Assembly: GCA_017965445.1 (NCBI GenBank) | Contig: JAGCPZ010000025.1 | Span: 41,782 to 105,781 of the forward strand | Direction: 5' to 3' | Source: Fibrobacter sp. | GTDB taxonomy: Bacteria > Fibrobacterota > Fibrobacteria > Fibrobacterales > Fibrobacteraceae | Length of the DNA stretch: 64,000 nucleotides | Shown: positions 37,822-47,564 of the stretch, piece by piece | Layout: each line of letters opens with the position of its first letter | Position numbering within the stretch: the stretch's first letter is position 1 | Position numbers and translations under genes: made by a program | The notes under the pieces: model-generated | What the model was told of the DNA's origin: nothing | Databases searched by the model: none | Seen by the model: the letters and a program-made list of their open reading frames with translations, nothing else

Positions 37822-38400
37822 TTAGAAAGCCGCCGATTCGGGAGCCTTTTCGCGGACACTGCGTTTCTCAGGTTCGGTCGCGAGCACTCGATGCGTCACG
37901 GAACCCACAGCGTAGAAGCGATTGCCTTTTTGCACCACAGCAGTATAGGCGTTCAGCGTCTTGACCGAGAACCATTCCTGGTAGAAGTTGTGTACATTCT
38001 CTTTAAGGCTGGACAGTTCGCTAATAGCCGGATTGCCCGAAGCCTTGCCATACTTCAGCGTAAACTGATCGGACATGTACGCAACAGCTTCAAAAGTCTT
38101 TCCCAAACGGGCGCGTTCCACACGGCCTGTACGGATTTCGAAGGCATAGAACTTATCGTTCTTGTTGAAAATGAAATCGACCTGAACAGGCAGTTCGCCG
38201 AACATGTAAACAGGAATTACCACGCGTTCGCCGATACCGGTCTGACCGTAAGGTTCGTAACCCTTCTTCATGATCTCTTCGATGACGGCCTCGCGGGTAG
38301 AACCAAACGGGATGCCTGCAAAATTATTCTGAGACTGCGCCTGCGCACCAAGCGAAAGCACAAGAATCAAAAAAGTAATGATGACAGCAAATCTAGACAC
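37822..38400 (-). CDS. Hypothetical exported protein
   Basis: Signal peptide (LGAQA), FAGIPFGS motif; followed by hairpin ACGGCTC-ATGC-GAGCCGT at ~37776-37793. Confidence 0.7.
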   Translation of the reverse strand: MSRFAVIITFLILVLSLGAQAQSQNNFAGIPFGSTREAVIEEIMKKGYEPYGQTGIGERVVIPVYMFGELPVQVDFIFNKNDKFYAFEIRTGRVERARLGKTFEAVAYMSDQFTLKYGKASGNPAISELSSLKENVHNFYQEWFSVKTLNAYTAVVQKGNRFYAVGSVTHRVLATEPEKRSVREKAPESAAF

Positions 38401-38515
38401 GGTTGGCTCCTCTATCGGCTCCTATATCAATGTAAAAGATAGTAAACTTTTTCCCACTAAACAAAATTTTCACCAAAAAAAAAGTTTTTTTGCCCCAGTA
38501 TCTATATTTTATCAC

Positions 38516-39598
38516 ATGTCAAGCACATTTGGAAAGATTTTTGCAGTTACGACATGGGGCGAATCCCATGGTCCGGCAGTCGGCGCCGTCCTCGACGGAT
38601 GCCCAGCCGGTCTTCCACTCACCGAAGAAATGATTCAGGCAGAACTGAACCGCAGGCGCCCGGGGCAAGGCAAACTGACTACCCCCCGCAACGAAAAGGA
38701 CCAGGTCAAGATCCTTTCAGGCGTTTTCGAAGGCAAAACCACCGGTACGCCCATTTCGTTCGTCGTCTTTAACGAAGACCAGCACAGCAACGACTATGCT
38801 GAAATCGCCAAATGGTACAGACCGGGGCACGCCGATCTCTGCTACGACCTCAAGTACGGGTTCCGTGACTACCGTGGCGGTGGCAGAAGTTCCGCCCGCG
38901 AAACCATCGGTCGCGTCGCTGCAGGCGCTGTCGCCAAGGCTTTCCTGAAAACGGTCGCCAATACGGAAATCCTCTCGTGGGTCACCTCCGTAGGCGAAGT
39001 CGATTGCCCGGCCCTAGATGTGAGCGGGCTCACACTTGAACAGATAGAAGCATCCCCCGTCCGCTGTCCGGACAAAGACGCCAGCGCCAAGATGGAAAAC
39101 GCCATCCTGGAGGCGAAGTCCAAGGGCGACAGCGTTGGCGGGACCGTCGCGCTCCTCGTCAAGAATCCCCCCGTCGCACTTGGCGAACCGGTATTCGACA
39201 GGCTCGACGCGTTGCTTGCCCAGGCGATGCTTTCCATCCCGGCTTGCAAAGGTTTCGAAATCGGTAGCGGCTTTGCAGCCGCACGCATGCACGGCAGCGA
39301 GCACAACGACGAAATCTACTGCGAAGGAGACACCTACCGCACGCGCACCAACAACGCAGGCGGTAGCCTTGGCGGCATCTCGAACGGAGAGCCGATTTAC
39401 TGCCGCATGGCGTTCAAGCCGACAGCCACCATCTCGCAGTTGCAAAAGACCGCCGGTCGCGGTCACGAGAACGGCGAACTTGCCGCCAGAGGCAGGCACG
39501 ATCCTTGCGTCGCCGTCCGCGCTCCCGTAATCGTGGAAAGCATGGCCGCACTCGTCCTCGCCGACCTCTATTTACAACAAAAGAGAAACTGCCTGTAA
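38516..39598 (+). CDS. aroC: Chorismate synthase
   Basis: TTWGESHG, RPGHAD, RDYRGGGRSSARET, GGISNG, FKPTATI, GRHDPC. Start is ATG at 38516. Confidence 0.97.
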   Translation: MSSTFGKIFAVTTWGESHGPAVGAVLDGCPAGLPLTEEMIQAELNRRRPGQGKLTTPRNEKDQVKILSGVFEGKTTGTPISFVVFNEDQHSNDYAEIAKWYRPGHADLCYDLKYGFRDYRGGGRSSARETIGRVAAGAVAKAFLKTVANTEILSWVTSVGEVDCPALDVSGLTLEQIEASPVRCPDKDASAKMENAILEAKSKGDSVGGTVALLVKNPPVALGEPVFDRLDALLAQAMLSIPACKGFEIGSGFAAARMHGSEHNDEIYCEGDTYRTRTNNAGGSLGGISNGEPIYCRMAFKPTATISQLQKTAGRGHENGELAARGRHDPCVAVRAPVIVESMAALVLADLYLQQKRNCL

Positions 39599-39628
39599 CG
39601 CCTCCATGACACGCATTAAGGCATTGCT

Positions 39629-40501
39629 ATGTCACTCATAACGAAGCCATTATCCCTTGTCATTTCCGCGCTATACCGAATCTGCTACAAGCTTCACCAT
39701 AAGCTGTTCCTGCGTCCACAGCCTCCACTCCGCGTACCCGTCTTTATCGTCGGGAGTTACTTGGCAGGTGGCGCCGGCAAAACTCCTTTTACTATTTGGC
39801 TTGCCAAGCAATTCCTCGAACAAAGAAAAAATGTCGCCGTTCTCTGCCACAGTGACGCATGGGACGAATTGGTCCTGCTACAACAGGAACTCAAACCGCT
39901 AGGCGCAACCGTCATTGCAACAAAGAACCGCTACGCCACCGCCATGGAGATTCAAGACCGTTTCGACATCATCCTCTGCGATGACGGATTCGAAGATTCC
40001 CGATTCACTGGCGCCAGCACCGTTTGCCTCGACTGGCAAGAGCCGCCCCGTTCCATCTCGGACCTTTTACCTGCAGGTAAATGCCGCAGTCTGCAACAAG
40101 ACCACCTCAATGGTCAAATCGTCCACCTCGACTGCTACGGCAAAAACGGTTCCACACCCGACATTCACTTCTCCATCGAATCACTAACAAACTACATCAT
40201 TGGAGAGTCCCTTACAGCAACAGCCATCTGCGGACTCGGTTCCCCCGAGCGCTTTATCGAAGACCTCCGCACCTTCGGCATAAACATCGAAAAAACAATT
40301 ATCCGTCCAGACCACGACAAACAATTCACGCAAGTCATCGAAGCAGAGCTCTCGCAAGGCAAGCACGTCGTGGTTTCGCAAAAAGACGCATGCAGGTTAC
40401 CGCAATCGCTTTTGGCTAATCCATCGCTCCACACCACTGTGCAAAAAATCACCGTTTCGGAAAAAACTCAAAAAATAATCGACAGAGCAATCCATTCTTG
40501 A
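39629..40501 (+). CDS. lpxK: Tetraacyldisaccharide 4'-kinase
   Basis: VPVFIVGSYLAGGAGKTP, IILCDDGF, LLPAG, AICGLGSPERF, PDH, SQKDA. Confidence 0.8.
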   Translation: MSLITKPLSLVISALYRICYKLHHKLFLRPQPPLRVPVFIVGSYLAGGAGKTPFTIWLAKQFLEQRKNVAVLCHSDAWDELVLLQQELKPLGATVIATKNRYATAMEIQDRFDIILCDDGFEDSRFTGASTVCLDWQEPPRSISDLLPAGKCRSLQQDHLNGQIVHLDCYGKNGSTPDIHFSIESLTNYIIGESLTATAICGLGSPERFIEDLRTFGINIEKTIIRPDHDKQFTQVIEAELSQGKHVVVSQKDACRLPQSLLANPSLHTTVQKITVSEKTQKIIDRAIHS

Positions 40502-40566
40502 TTAAGAATCGGCAACATTTCCCTTTTTTATTGTATTTTTATACCACAGTTATAGGGAGAAAATTC

Positions 40567-42087
40567 ATGAATCTGCGTCAAAGAATTTCCGAAATCCTTC
40601 AGATAATCACACAAAACATCCCCGAACGTGAATACTACGTACAGTTGGCGTTCCTCACGGCCCTTATCCAGGAGCCCTTCTATCTGTATGGTCGTGCCGG
40701 TTGCGGAAGCTCCCTCTTCACCCGCAGAATTTCGAGCGCATTCAAAAACCCAAAGATTTTAAGGCTCGGCAAAAAGCAGAAACACCTCCCCGAAGACTTC
40801 AGTGATTACAACATCATCGTTTTCGACAACTTCTCGCCGAACGACGAAGAAATCAAGAACAACCTTCAAATCGTCATCCACGACCACGAAAACTGTTCCA
40901 TCATCATTTTGGGCGACCAAAAACCCGAATCCATTCTCTGCAGATCTGAAGTAAGCGACCAGATTACGCTTACCATCATGCTCCCAGACAACATCTCTTC
41001 CGAAGCCCTTTGCAAGCTCATCCAAATTCACGATGGAAATAGCGATGTCACCGTTCCGCCGGAGCTCGCCATCAGCGCCGAAGAACAAACCAAATGGTTG
41101 GCAGGAATCAGCAAGATTACGCTCTCCCCGGACACACTCGCCGTTATCGGTAAGGTTGCAGAAACTTGCACGAACAACAGCGTCTTTGTCCCCATCCGCA
41201 AGTGGCTTGCGCTTTCCAACATGATTAAGGCAATCGCATTCCTCAATGGACGTACCGAAACCAAGCTCATCGACACATTCTTCCTCGGGACATCCATCTG
41301 GGGGCGCAGCGCATCTAACACGGCCATTTCCGAGAGCTACCGCAAAATTCTCATGACGCAGCTGTACAAGAACTCGCCAAGCCTTCTCGAAAAGCCCTAC
41401 GACGCCGACGACCTGCTCATGCGCGTCAACCACCTTGTCAACAGTTCAAACAACTTGTACGAAACCAAACCTTTCAACGGCGAGAAATGCCTATCTTACC
41501 GCATCACCGTCGCAGGCGAATCCGTGCCGATTTACGTACCGCTCAAGTATATCGAAACCGACTTAGATTTCAATCCGTATAACGAACTCCGTCAAATCGA
41601 GAAGCGCGTACTCTGCAATTACCACGGTACATCCAACTGCACCATATCCATCGATCCGCAAGTCCGTGCAAGAGGGCTCCGCAGTTCCGTCAACCAAGCG
41701 AGCAACAGCAACACGCCCGTCAAGTTCGAAGAATTCGGTTCGCTCCCGACGTACATCTTGATGGAGAACGCCCCTGAAATCATCGATCAAAAGAAAGCCG
41801 ACAGTATCGTCTTAACCGAAGAAATCAAGGTTTCCTTGGAACGGGAGACAGCGAACCTCGTCGCACTCCGCAACATTTATAAACAATTTAACGAATCCAA
41901 GGACGACCTGTTCTGCTTTACGCAAATGTTCAACAGCGTCCAGGAAGCCATTAAGACCCAGTTCGACAGCACGGCAAATACAATCAAGACCATCAAGAAG
42001 GCCAGCGAAACCATCACCGCTTTCTCGAACATGTTCAAAACACCAAGCCCTGTCGGGAAACCGCAAGTAAGGCAACCTCCCAGATAA
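40567..42087 (+). CDS. RavA/MoxR-like AAA+ protein with degenerate Walker motifs
   Basis: EREYYVQLAFLTALIQEPFYLYGRAGCGSSLFTRR and lid IRKWLALSNMIKAIAFLNGR resemble RavA; ATG at 40567 follows GGGAG. Confidence 0.6.
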   Translation: MNLRQRISEILQIITQNIPEREYYVQLAFLTALIQEPFYLYGRAGCGSSLFTRRISSAFKNPKILRLGKKQKHLPEDFSDYNIIVFDNFSPNDEEIKNNLQIVIHDHENCSIIILGDQKPESILCRSEVSDQITLTIMLPDNISSEALCKLIQIHDGNSDVTVPPELAISAEEQTKWLAGISKITLSPDTLAVIGKVAETCTNNSVFVPIRKWLALSNMIKAIAFLNGRTETKLIDTFFLGTSIWGRSASNTAISESYRKILMTQLYKNSPSLLEKPYDADDLLMRVNHLVNSSNNLYETKPFNGEKCLSYRITVAGESVPIYVPLKYIETDLDFNPYNELRQIEKRVLCNYHGTSNCTISIDPQVRARGLRSSVNQASNSNTPVKFEEFGSLPTYILMENAPEIIDQKKADSIVLTEEIKVSLERETANLVALRNIYKQFNESKDDLFCFTQMFNSVQEAIKTQFDSTANTIKTIKKASETITAFSNMFKTPSPVGKPQVRQPPR

Positions 42088-42090
42088 CAC

Positions 42091-43041
42091 GTGAACTTAA
42101 TCCTTCTTTGGACAACACTCGCCTTACTTTGGCTGATATGCATCTGCATGACTAAAAAAGGTCGTGCAGTTATTCGTATTCTCTGGAGAAACATCAAAGT
42201 AAAGCTAGCCATCATCGTGTGGATTCTCGGGATTGCGGCAATAGCGACCGCTTACGCCACGCATCCCGAAGAAGACCCCCGCCCCACTATCAACGAGCAA
42301 CAGGAATACCAGAAATACACGACATCTGCCATCCAAAAGCTCTGCGACCAAGGCGAACTCATCATCGACATGAACTGCGACCTCGACAGCGCAGCCTCCG
42401 AACTCGCCTACATCATCCCCACGATTATCAACAACTACAATCTTATCGTCACGCGACCCACGACCCCGATTCTCGAATCCATCAAGGGCACGTTACAGAT
42501 AAAGATGATTGGCTACAAGCAATTCAAGAATCGCGGCATCCGCCTGATAAAGGCTCTGCAGCGCGATCTCGGCCCCCGTTACGAAGCCGTCATCGAATCC
42601 GACAATACCGACCACACGCTGAAAATCACCTACGTCGGAAAGCCCTGGGACAACGAACATCTCTGCAACCTCCCTGTCCTCGAAGCATGCCTCCGCGAAC
42701 GCACCGACCCCGCAGTCCTCATGTCCATCATCCAGCACACTTCCGGATTCCAAATGAACTACCAGGGCAAAAACAACACGTCGGGATTACTCGCACTGGA
42801 CACAGGCAAAGGCTTAGAACAAATTGACATAGGCGCCAGCCGCCTCAAAAAAGCGCTCGCCACCTCGCCCACGCTGGCCGATGCTGTCGCGCAGTTCTAC
42901 CCTGAAGCAGAGCACCGCAACAGATTCGAAAACTGGCGCAAGGACCCGCAAAAGCATTATTGGGTAGGTCAAGTACTCACGGACATTCAATATTACCGTT
43001 CAAACGGGATGACGCTTGCCAAACGTCAAAGAGCGGAATAG
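42091..43041 (+). CDS. Membrane protein with C-terminal lytic-transglycosylase (SLT)-like domain
   Basis: Two N-terminal TM segments; DPAVLMSIIQHTSGF...SGLLAL...IDIGASRLKK...AVAQFY pattern. Confidence 0.55.
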   Translation: MNLILLWTTLALLWLICICMTKKGRAVIRILWRNIKVKLAIIVWILGIAAIATAYATHPEEDPRPTINEQQEYQKYTTSAIQKLCDQGELIIDMNCDLDSAASELAYIIPTIINNYNLIVTRPTTPILESIKGTLQIKMIGYKQFKNRGIRLIKALQRDLGPRYEAVIESDNTDHTLKITYVGKPWDNEHLCNLPVLEACLRERTDPAVLMSIIQHTSGFQMNYQGKNNTSGLLALDTGKGLEQIDIGASRLKKALATSPTLADAVAQFYPEAEHRNRFENWRKDPQKHYWVGQVLTDIQYYRSNGMTLAKRQRAE

Positions 43042-43042
43042 A

Positions 43043-43969
43043 TTACTTCTTGAAAACGGTCTTCATCGCAAGTGAATCTTTGCGACCGTACTGATCGACA
43101 TAAATCAACGTCCAATCGACTGTTGTATCAGAAACAAACGGTTCTAATCGAGTATTCACAAGAGTATAGTACCTTTCCATCAAAACATCTTTAGTCATTT
43201 TCAAGGATCCATCGACAGTTCCCACATCTTCCTCGATTCCTGTTTTTTCATCAATCCTTATAGGACATTTCTTAGGCGGATTCTCTTTCACAGATGCGGT
43301 ATATACAACCGGCGCGGCACACGAACTTCTCGCTTCACATTTTGCAAACAACTTTATAGAATCAGGCGGGAACCGTTCCTCCGCGCATCTATCCGCACGA
43401 ATTAAAGCCACGCTATTCTCCGACGAAGCGTTTATCGAATCCATTGTATGTTTTGAAATCCAATCAAAGCCTTCAATTTTTTCACTCATCAAAGATATGT
43501 TTTCAGGCAAGCCTTTCGCCGTGAACACGTAATTCGAAAAAATGGAATCCTTCAACACAGCACATGGAGGCAAACGAAGCTCTGCAAAAAATTTCCGCAA
43601 TTCGACCATATCAATTTTAGGTACTTCAACTTCGAACGAAAAATTCGATACTCGATCTTCGCCATAGTTCAAGCGAATCGTATCCGCATCATCAGGAAAT
43701 TTTTCATTGCGCTTTTCATGACAAAAATCAATGTACCGGCATTCAAAATTCGAGTCTTGAATATCGCAATTGAAATATCTCGACGCAATCGTAAACGTAT
43801 CAACAGCATAAGGCCCGCTATTATAATTTTTCGCTTTCACGTAGGAATACACTATATTGGATTTTTCCGCATCGTTCACCACGCTACTCGACGGATTTGA
43901 TTTTCCGCTGTCCGAACAAGCAACACAAAGAAGACATCCTAACGTCGCCGCAATCCTCAAAAAATTCAT
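43043..43969 (-). CDS. Cys-rich hypothetical lipoprotein
   Basis: CVAC lipobox, SD GGAGGAG, several cysteines; C-terminus homologous to the relic at 47346-47415. Confidence 0.75.
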   Translation of the reverse strand: MNFLRIAATLGCLLCVACSDSGKSNPSSSVVNDAEKSNIVYSYVKAKNYNSGPYAVDTFTIASRYFNCDIQDSNFECRYIDFCHEKRNEKFPDDADTIRLNYGEDRVSNFSFEVEVPKIDMVELRKFFAELRLPPCAVLKDSIFSNYVFTAKGLPENISLMSEKIEGFDWISKHTMDSINASSENSVALIRADRCAEERFPPDSIKLFAKCEARSSCAAPVVYTASVKENPPKKCPIRIDEKTGIEEDVGTVDGSLKMTKDVLMERYYTLVNTRLEPFVSDTTVDWTLIYVDQYGRKDSLAMKTVFKK

Positions 43970-44017
43970 TTCACTCCTCCTTTTTAATCGTTCATTTATG
44001 AATATAATTTAAAATTT

Positions 44018-45104
44018 GGCTTAAGTGTCAAAAGGATACCTAAAAATGGGTATCCTTTGCATTAAGTGTCATTTGGATACCTGAATCCGTCGCAAGCCCT
44101 TTATTCATCTGCGTTCAGGCGAGAAAAATATTCCAAAATCATGGTCTTGCGAGTGTTCATCGAGATACCCTTGTGAAGACGCAAAAGTGATTTCAGATCG
44201 GTAAACACGGACTCTATGCCGTTATTCGTATTTGGAATCCCGAGTCCGTACAGTTCTTCGAAGGTCCATAGAAAACGCATGTTTCTTTTTATGCTGTGGT
44301 AGGCGCTCCGGAGGTTCTTGTGCGTGTAGTGCATTTTCCCGTCGGCATGCAGAGTTCGTTCTTTAAGGAACGCCTTCCACTTGCATTCCCATTCACCGAA
44401 CAGCCCCTCAAAGGATGCCCTGTCCGTATGGACCATGAAGTATGTCAAGTCCAGGAGGTCCCTTGACGCATCCAGTTTAGGTCTGCTAGTCAGCCAATGT
44501 CTGACGGTCTTTACCTGATGAAATTGGCAGTACTGGAACGGATACCTGGATAGCCGTTCTCTCAGTCCCCGCAAGCCATTGCTGACGATGCACTTTATTT
44601 CAAAGCCGTTATTTTCCAGCCATTCGACGCCTTCCACGTAATCTTCAACCCGCTCTTTTCTGTTGATGAATTTCGACCAGACGATGCGTCCTTTAATGGC
44701 ATCCTTTATTGCCACGACACCAAAATTCCATCCCCAATAAGTCGTGTCCGTCAGGGCGATTATTTTATCAGGAAGAGCCTTTATTTCAGGAACCGGTGCA
44801 GACTTTATTTTTCTGCATACGGTACTTCTGGATACGCCGAGCTGATTTGCGATGTCTTGCGAACTTAGCTTCCCAGAGAATCTTAACCGGAGAATTTCGT
44901 TGCTGAAATCAACCCTTGAATGCGAAAAATGTCGCCCACAGGCTTTGCAGAACCATCTCTGGTGACCATGCGAGAAGCCCTTCTTTGTAACACTGTTAGA
45001 ACCACAAAAAAAAGCAAATTTTACCCATTTTTAAAAAATATTGCCGCAGCCCGGTATTTGCAAGGGTTCTAGGCTATTTTGGGTATCCAAATGACACATT
45101 AGCC
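44018..45104 (-). mobile_element. IS256-like (Zn-ribbon variant) insertion sequence, probably inactive
   Basis: Terminal inverted repeats GGCTTAAGTGTCAAAAGGATACC (44018) and reverse-complement GGCTAATGTGTCATTTGGATACC (ending 45104); AATTT on both outer flanks. Confidence 0.75.
44101..45028 (-). pseudogene. Frameshifted DDE transposase (IS256/Mutator-like)
   Basis: ATG at 45028 is out of frame by one extra T in a T8 run (45006-45013). Removing it gives MGKICFFCGS...QRWFCKACGRHF (Zn ribbon), an HTH, DTTYWG, IVSNGLRGL (Asp to Asn), QYCQFHQ, PNTNNGIES. Confidence 0.8.
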
Positions 45105-45112
45105 AATTTTTC

Positions 45113-46054
45113 CTATAGTTCTCCCTTTACGCAGCGAACGGAATAGCCATCATACTTTTCGGCATCATTAGGGAAAATCACTTTGCTATAAGAATAGTAA
45201 AAGTCCGCATAATATGCGTCATATTCGTCAGTCTCGCTAGAAGTCCAAATACATGCACTCCGTCCTTCTTGAACAAATTCACCAGCAAAATTTATTCGCC
45301 CCGCATAAAGCAATGCAAAACCGCCTTCTTTCGATTCTCTCAACACTTCGCCTGCAATCTCATCGCCACCAGCAGCAACAATCAAATCGTTCCAATCGTA
45401 ATTTGACGGAACACGCCATCCCGGCGGGCAAGCCCCCTGCACCGGTAACGTAAGATTACATTCATGTCTATATCCGCACTCATCTTCCGACTTGCCAACA
45501 GCAGCCGCCCATTTATAAAGCCGTCCATATTTCGCACAATACTCAGCAGAATCGTTATAGCAGTGACTATCCACTGTTTCGTAATTGAGATTTTGTGCAA
45601 ACCACCACAAGTGTCCAATTTTCACAATCTTGTAAGTCTGCCCGTCACGTTCATCCGTCATGGTTCCTGTCACCGCATCATTCTTTTCTGATGAAGATGA
45701 TTTCTCATTCTGGACGCTCGAAGAACTTATAGAATTCACGTAACTACTACTTGTCATTCCGGTCATAGAGCCGGAATCTCCATTGCTACTACTTTCAACA
45801 ACAGAAGAAGACGATTTACCTTTTGCGGAACTCAAAGAGCCGACTGAATCCTTACGGCTACTACTTGAAAGATCCTCGATCGGGGTCGAGGAAGACAAAG
45901 TAACAAATGTGGCCGAAGAAGACAATGAAGAAGAAATCCCAGCAAATGACGACGATGAGTCTTCGCTAGGAACAAACGGATTGCTAGATTCGTCATCACC
46001 GCAAGCGACAAGAATCAAAGTAGAAACCAAAGCAAAGTAAAATAGGCGTTTCAT
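45113..46054 (-). CDS. FISUMP domain lipoprotein
   Basis: LVAC lipobox, Ser-rich linker, MTDERDGQTYKIVKIG..WFAQNLNY, YGRLYKW, CPPGWRVP, YSVRCVK. ATG at 46054 follows GGAG. Confidence 0.88.
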   Translation of the reverse strand: MKRLFYFALVSTLILVACGDDESSNPFVPSEDSSSSFAGISSSLSSSATFVTLSSSTPIEDLSSSSRKDSVGSLSSAKGKSSSSVVESSSNGDSGSMTGMTSSSYVNSISSSSVQNEKSSSSEKNDAVTGTMTDERDGQTYKIVKIGHLWWFAQNLNYETVDSHCYNDSAEYCAKYGRLYKWAAAVGKSEDECGYRHECNLTLPVQGACPPGWRVPSNYDWNDLIVAAGGDEIAGEVLRESKEGGFALLYAGRINFAGEFVQEGRSACIWTSSETDEYDAYYADFYYSYSKVIFPNDAEKYDGYSVRCVKGEL

Positions 46055-46146
46055 TCGCACTCCTAAACAAGCATTTGTACTAAATATATATAATTTTAAG
46101 AAAATTACAGATATATAAATAAAAAGTTTTTCTAGCGATAAAGCAA

Positions 46147-47349
46147 TCAATGCGGAATAAGCGTCAAGTTTTTCTTGACAATCGCACGTTGCATCGGAGA
46201 GGATTCTCTGCCAGATCCAGTATAGTACATAATATTAGAATAATCAGGACAAGGATCAAGTATCAATTGATAAAAATCCGTACCATCAAAGTCATAGCTC
46301 CGTTTCATTAATCCCTGTTCTTTTAAAACTAATTTATTCTTATCAATTTTATCTTGGCAGCTAGGAGAATCATCTAAACCATCATCAAATAGAGAAAAAT
46401 CAGCCCAATCTTGTAATTCATCTAAAGTCAATGTAGTATGTACAAGTCCTACAACATGACCAAATTCATGTGCTGCTATGTGCTGAATCTGTTGAGATTT
46501 CACTAAAGCACCATTCATATCATGAAAGCCAACCGCAATTACATCCATATCTAAATCCGTTTGATAAAAGAAAGAAATAGATTGTCCTCCAGAATTATCA
46601 CGGAATCCATCTACAAGAACAATATCAAAAGCATTATCTCTTTTTAAATTGCCCCATAAATTACGCAAATCATCAACATCACTAAGAGATTGAATAAACA
46701 AAGGGTTATTCTTCGGATACAAATGTCCCACTATTGGATGTTCATTAGCATAAGACACATAAACAGTATCTACACGAACTTCAAAAAGATCTTGAATAGA
46801 GGTTCCAATGTTCCGAGCAAGGATATCGATAGATTCACCATCTGCGGTACTGTCAAAAGCTCCAGCCACAATCACATTCAAAGACAATTCACTCGAATAA
46901 ACACCCACCCCATCCAATCTCACATGATAAAAAGAATTATTCAAAACATCACCATTTCGATTCTTCAACGACAAAGCCACACGAGTCGGTCGAAGCATTT
47001 CACATGAAAAATCAAACCGCAAGCCATATTCTTCACGAATACCAAGACAACCATCCTCACAACATGTAATACCATCAACAAAAAGAAAAGGCTCAACATC
47101 GAGAGAGTCCACCTTAGCAAATAGGGAATAACGTCCACCAGGGCTTAATCTCGCACCGATTCCCTTGTTTATGCGAACGTCAATAGAATCACGAGTTCTA
47201 TTAACGTTCGGAACAATAAAATACCTTGTGCTAACAGAGACATCCCCAACAGGAGCATCTACGCCAGAATCGGAACAAGCACTAAGCCCTAAAAAAATTC
47301 CCATCCCGATGAAAAAAAACATCAATTTTGAAATAAAGATATCTATCAT
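46147..47349 (-). CDS. Lipoprotein with metzincin Zn-metallopeptidase domain (M43/pappalysin-like)
   Basis: LSAC lipobox, AAHEFGHVVGLVH (HExxHxxGxxH), DDGLDDSP, Met-turn NIMYY. Confidence 0.75.
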   Translation of the reverse strand: MIDIFISKLMFFFIGMGIFLGLSACSDSGVDAPVGDVSVSTRYFIVPNVNRTRDSIDVRINKGIGARLSPGGRYSLFAKVDSLDVEPFLFVDGITCCEDGCLGIREEYGLRFDFSCEMLRPTRVALSLKNRNGDVLNNSFYHVRLDGVGVYSSELSLNVIVAGAFDSTADGESIDILARNIGTSIQDLFEVRVDTVYVSYANEHPIVGHLYPKNNPLFIQSLSDVDDLRNLWGNLKRDNAFDIVLVDGFRDNSGGQSISFFYQTDLDMDVIAVGFHDMNGALVKSQQIQHIAAHEFGHVVGLVHTTLTLDELQDWADFSLFDDGLDDSPSCQDKIDKNKLVLKEQGLMKRSYDFDGTDFYQLILDPCPDYSNIMYYTGSGRESSPMQRAIVKKNLTLIPH

Positions 47350-47415
47350 TTCTTGAACGTCATTGTTATTGCAAGAGAATCCTTTGCGACCGTATTAATC
47401 AATATAAAATAAAGT
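47346..47415 (-). pseudogene. 3' relic of a paralog of the 43043-43969 lipoprotein
   Basis: Translates (one stop, one +1 frameshift) to TLFYID*YGRK/DSLAITMTFKK* versus TLIYVDQYGRKDSLAMKTVFKK*. Confidence 0.75.
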
Positions 47416-47520
47416 TCTTTTTCCGGCAAGTCTTCAGCTTTTAACCAATAATTTGAAAAACAGAATGTTAACTTACAAATTTTCTTAGTGCCACAATTTT
47501 TTCACTATTCTTTATAAATA

Positions 47521-47554
47521 AAACCCCGAAAATTATGACCAACTTTCGGGGTTT
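47521..47554 (-). terminator. Intrinsic terminator after the three-gene island operon
   Basis: AAACCCCGAAA-N-TTTCGGGGTTT hairpin just past the stop codon at 47565. Confidence 0.65.
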
Positions 47555-47564
47555 CAAAAAAAAA

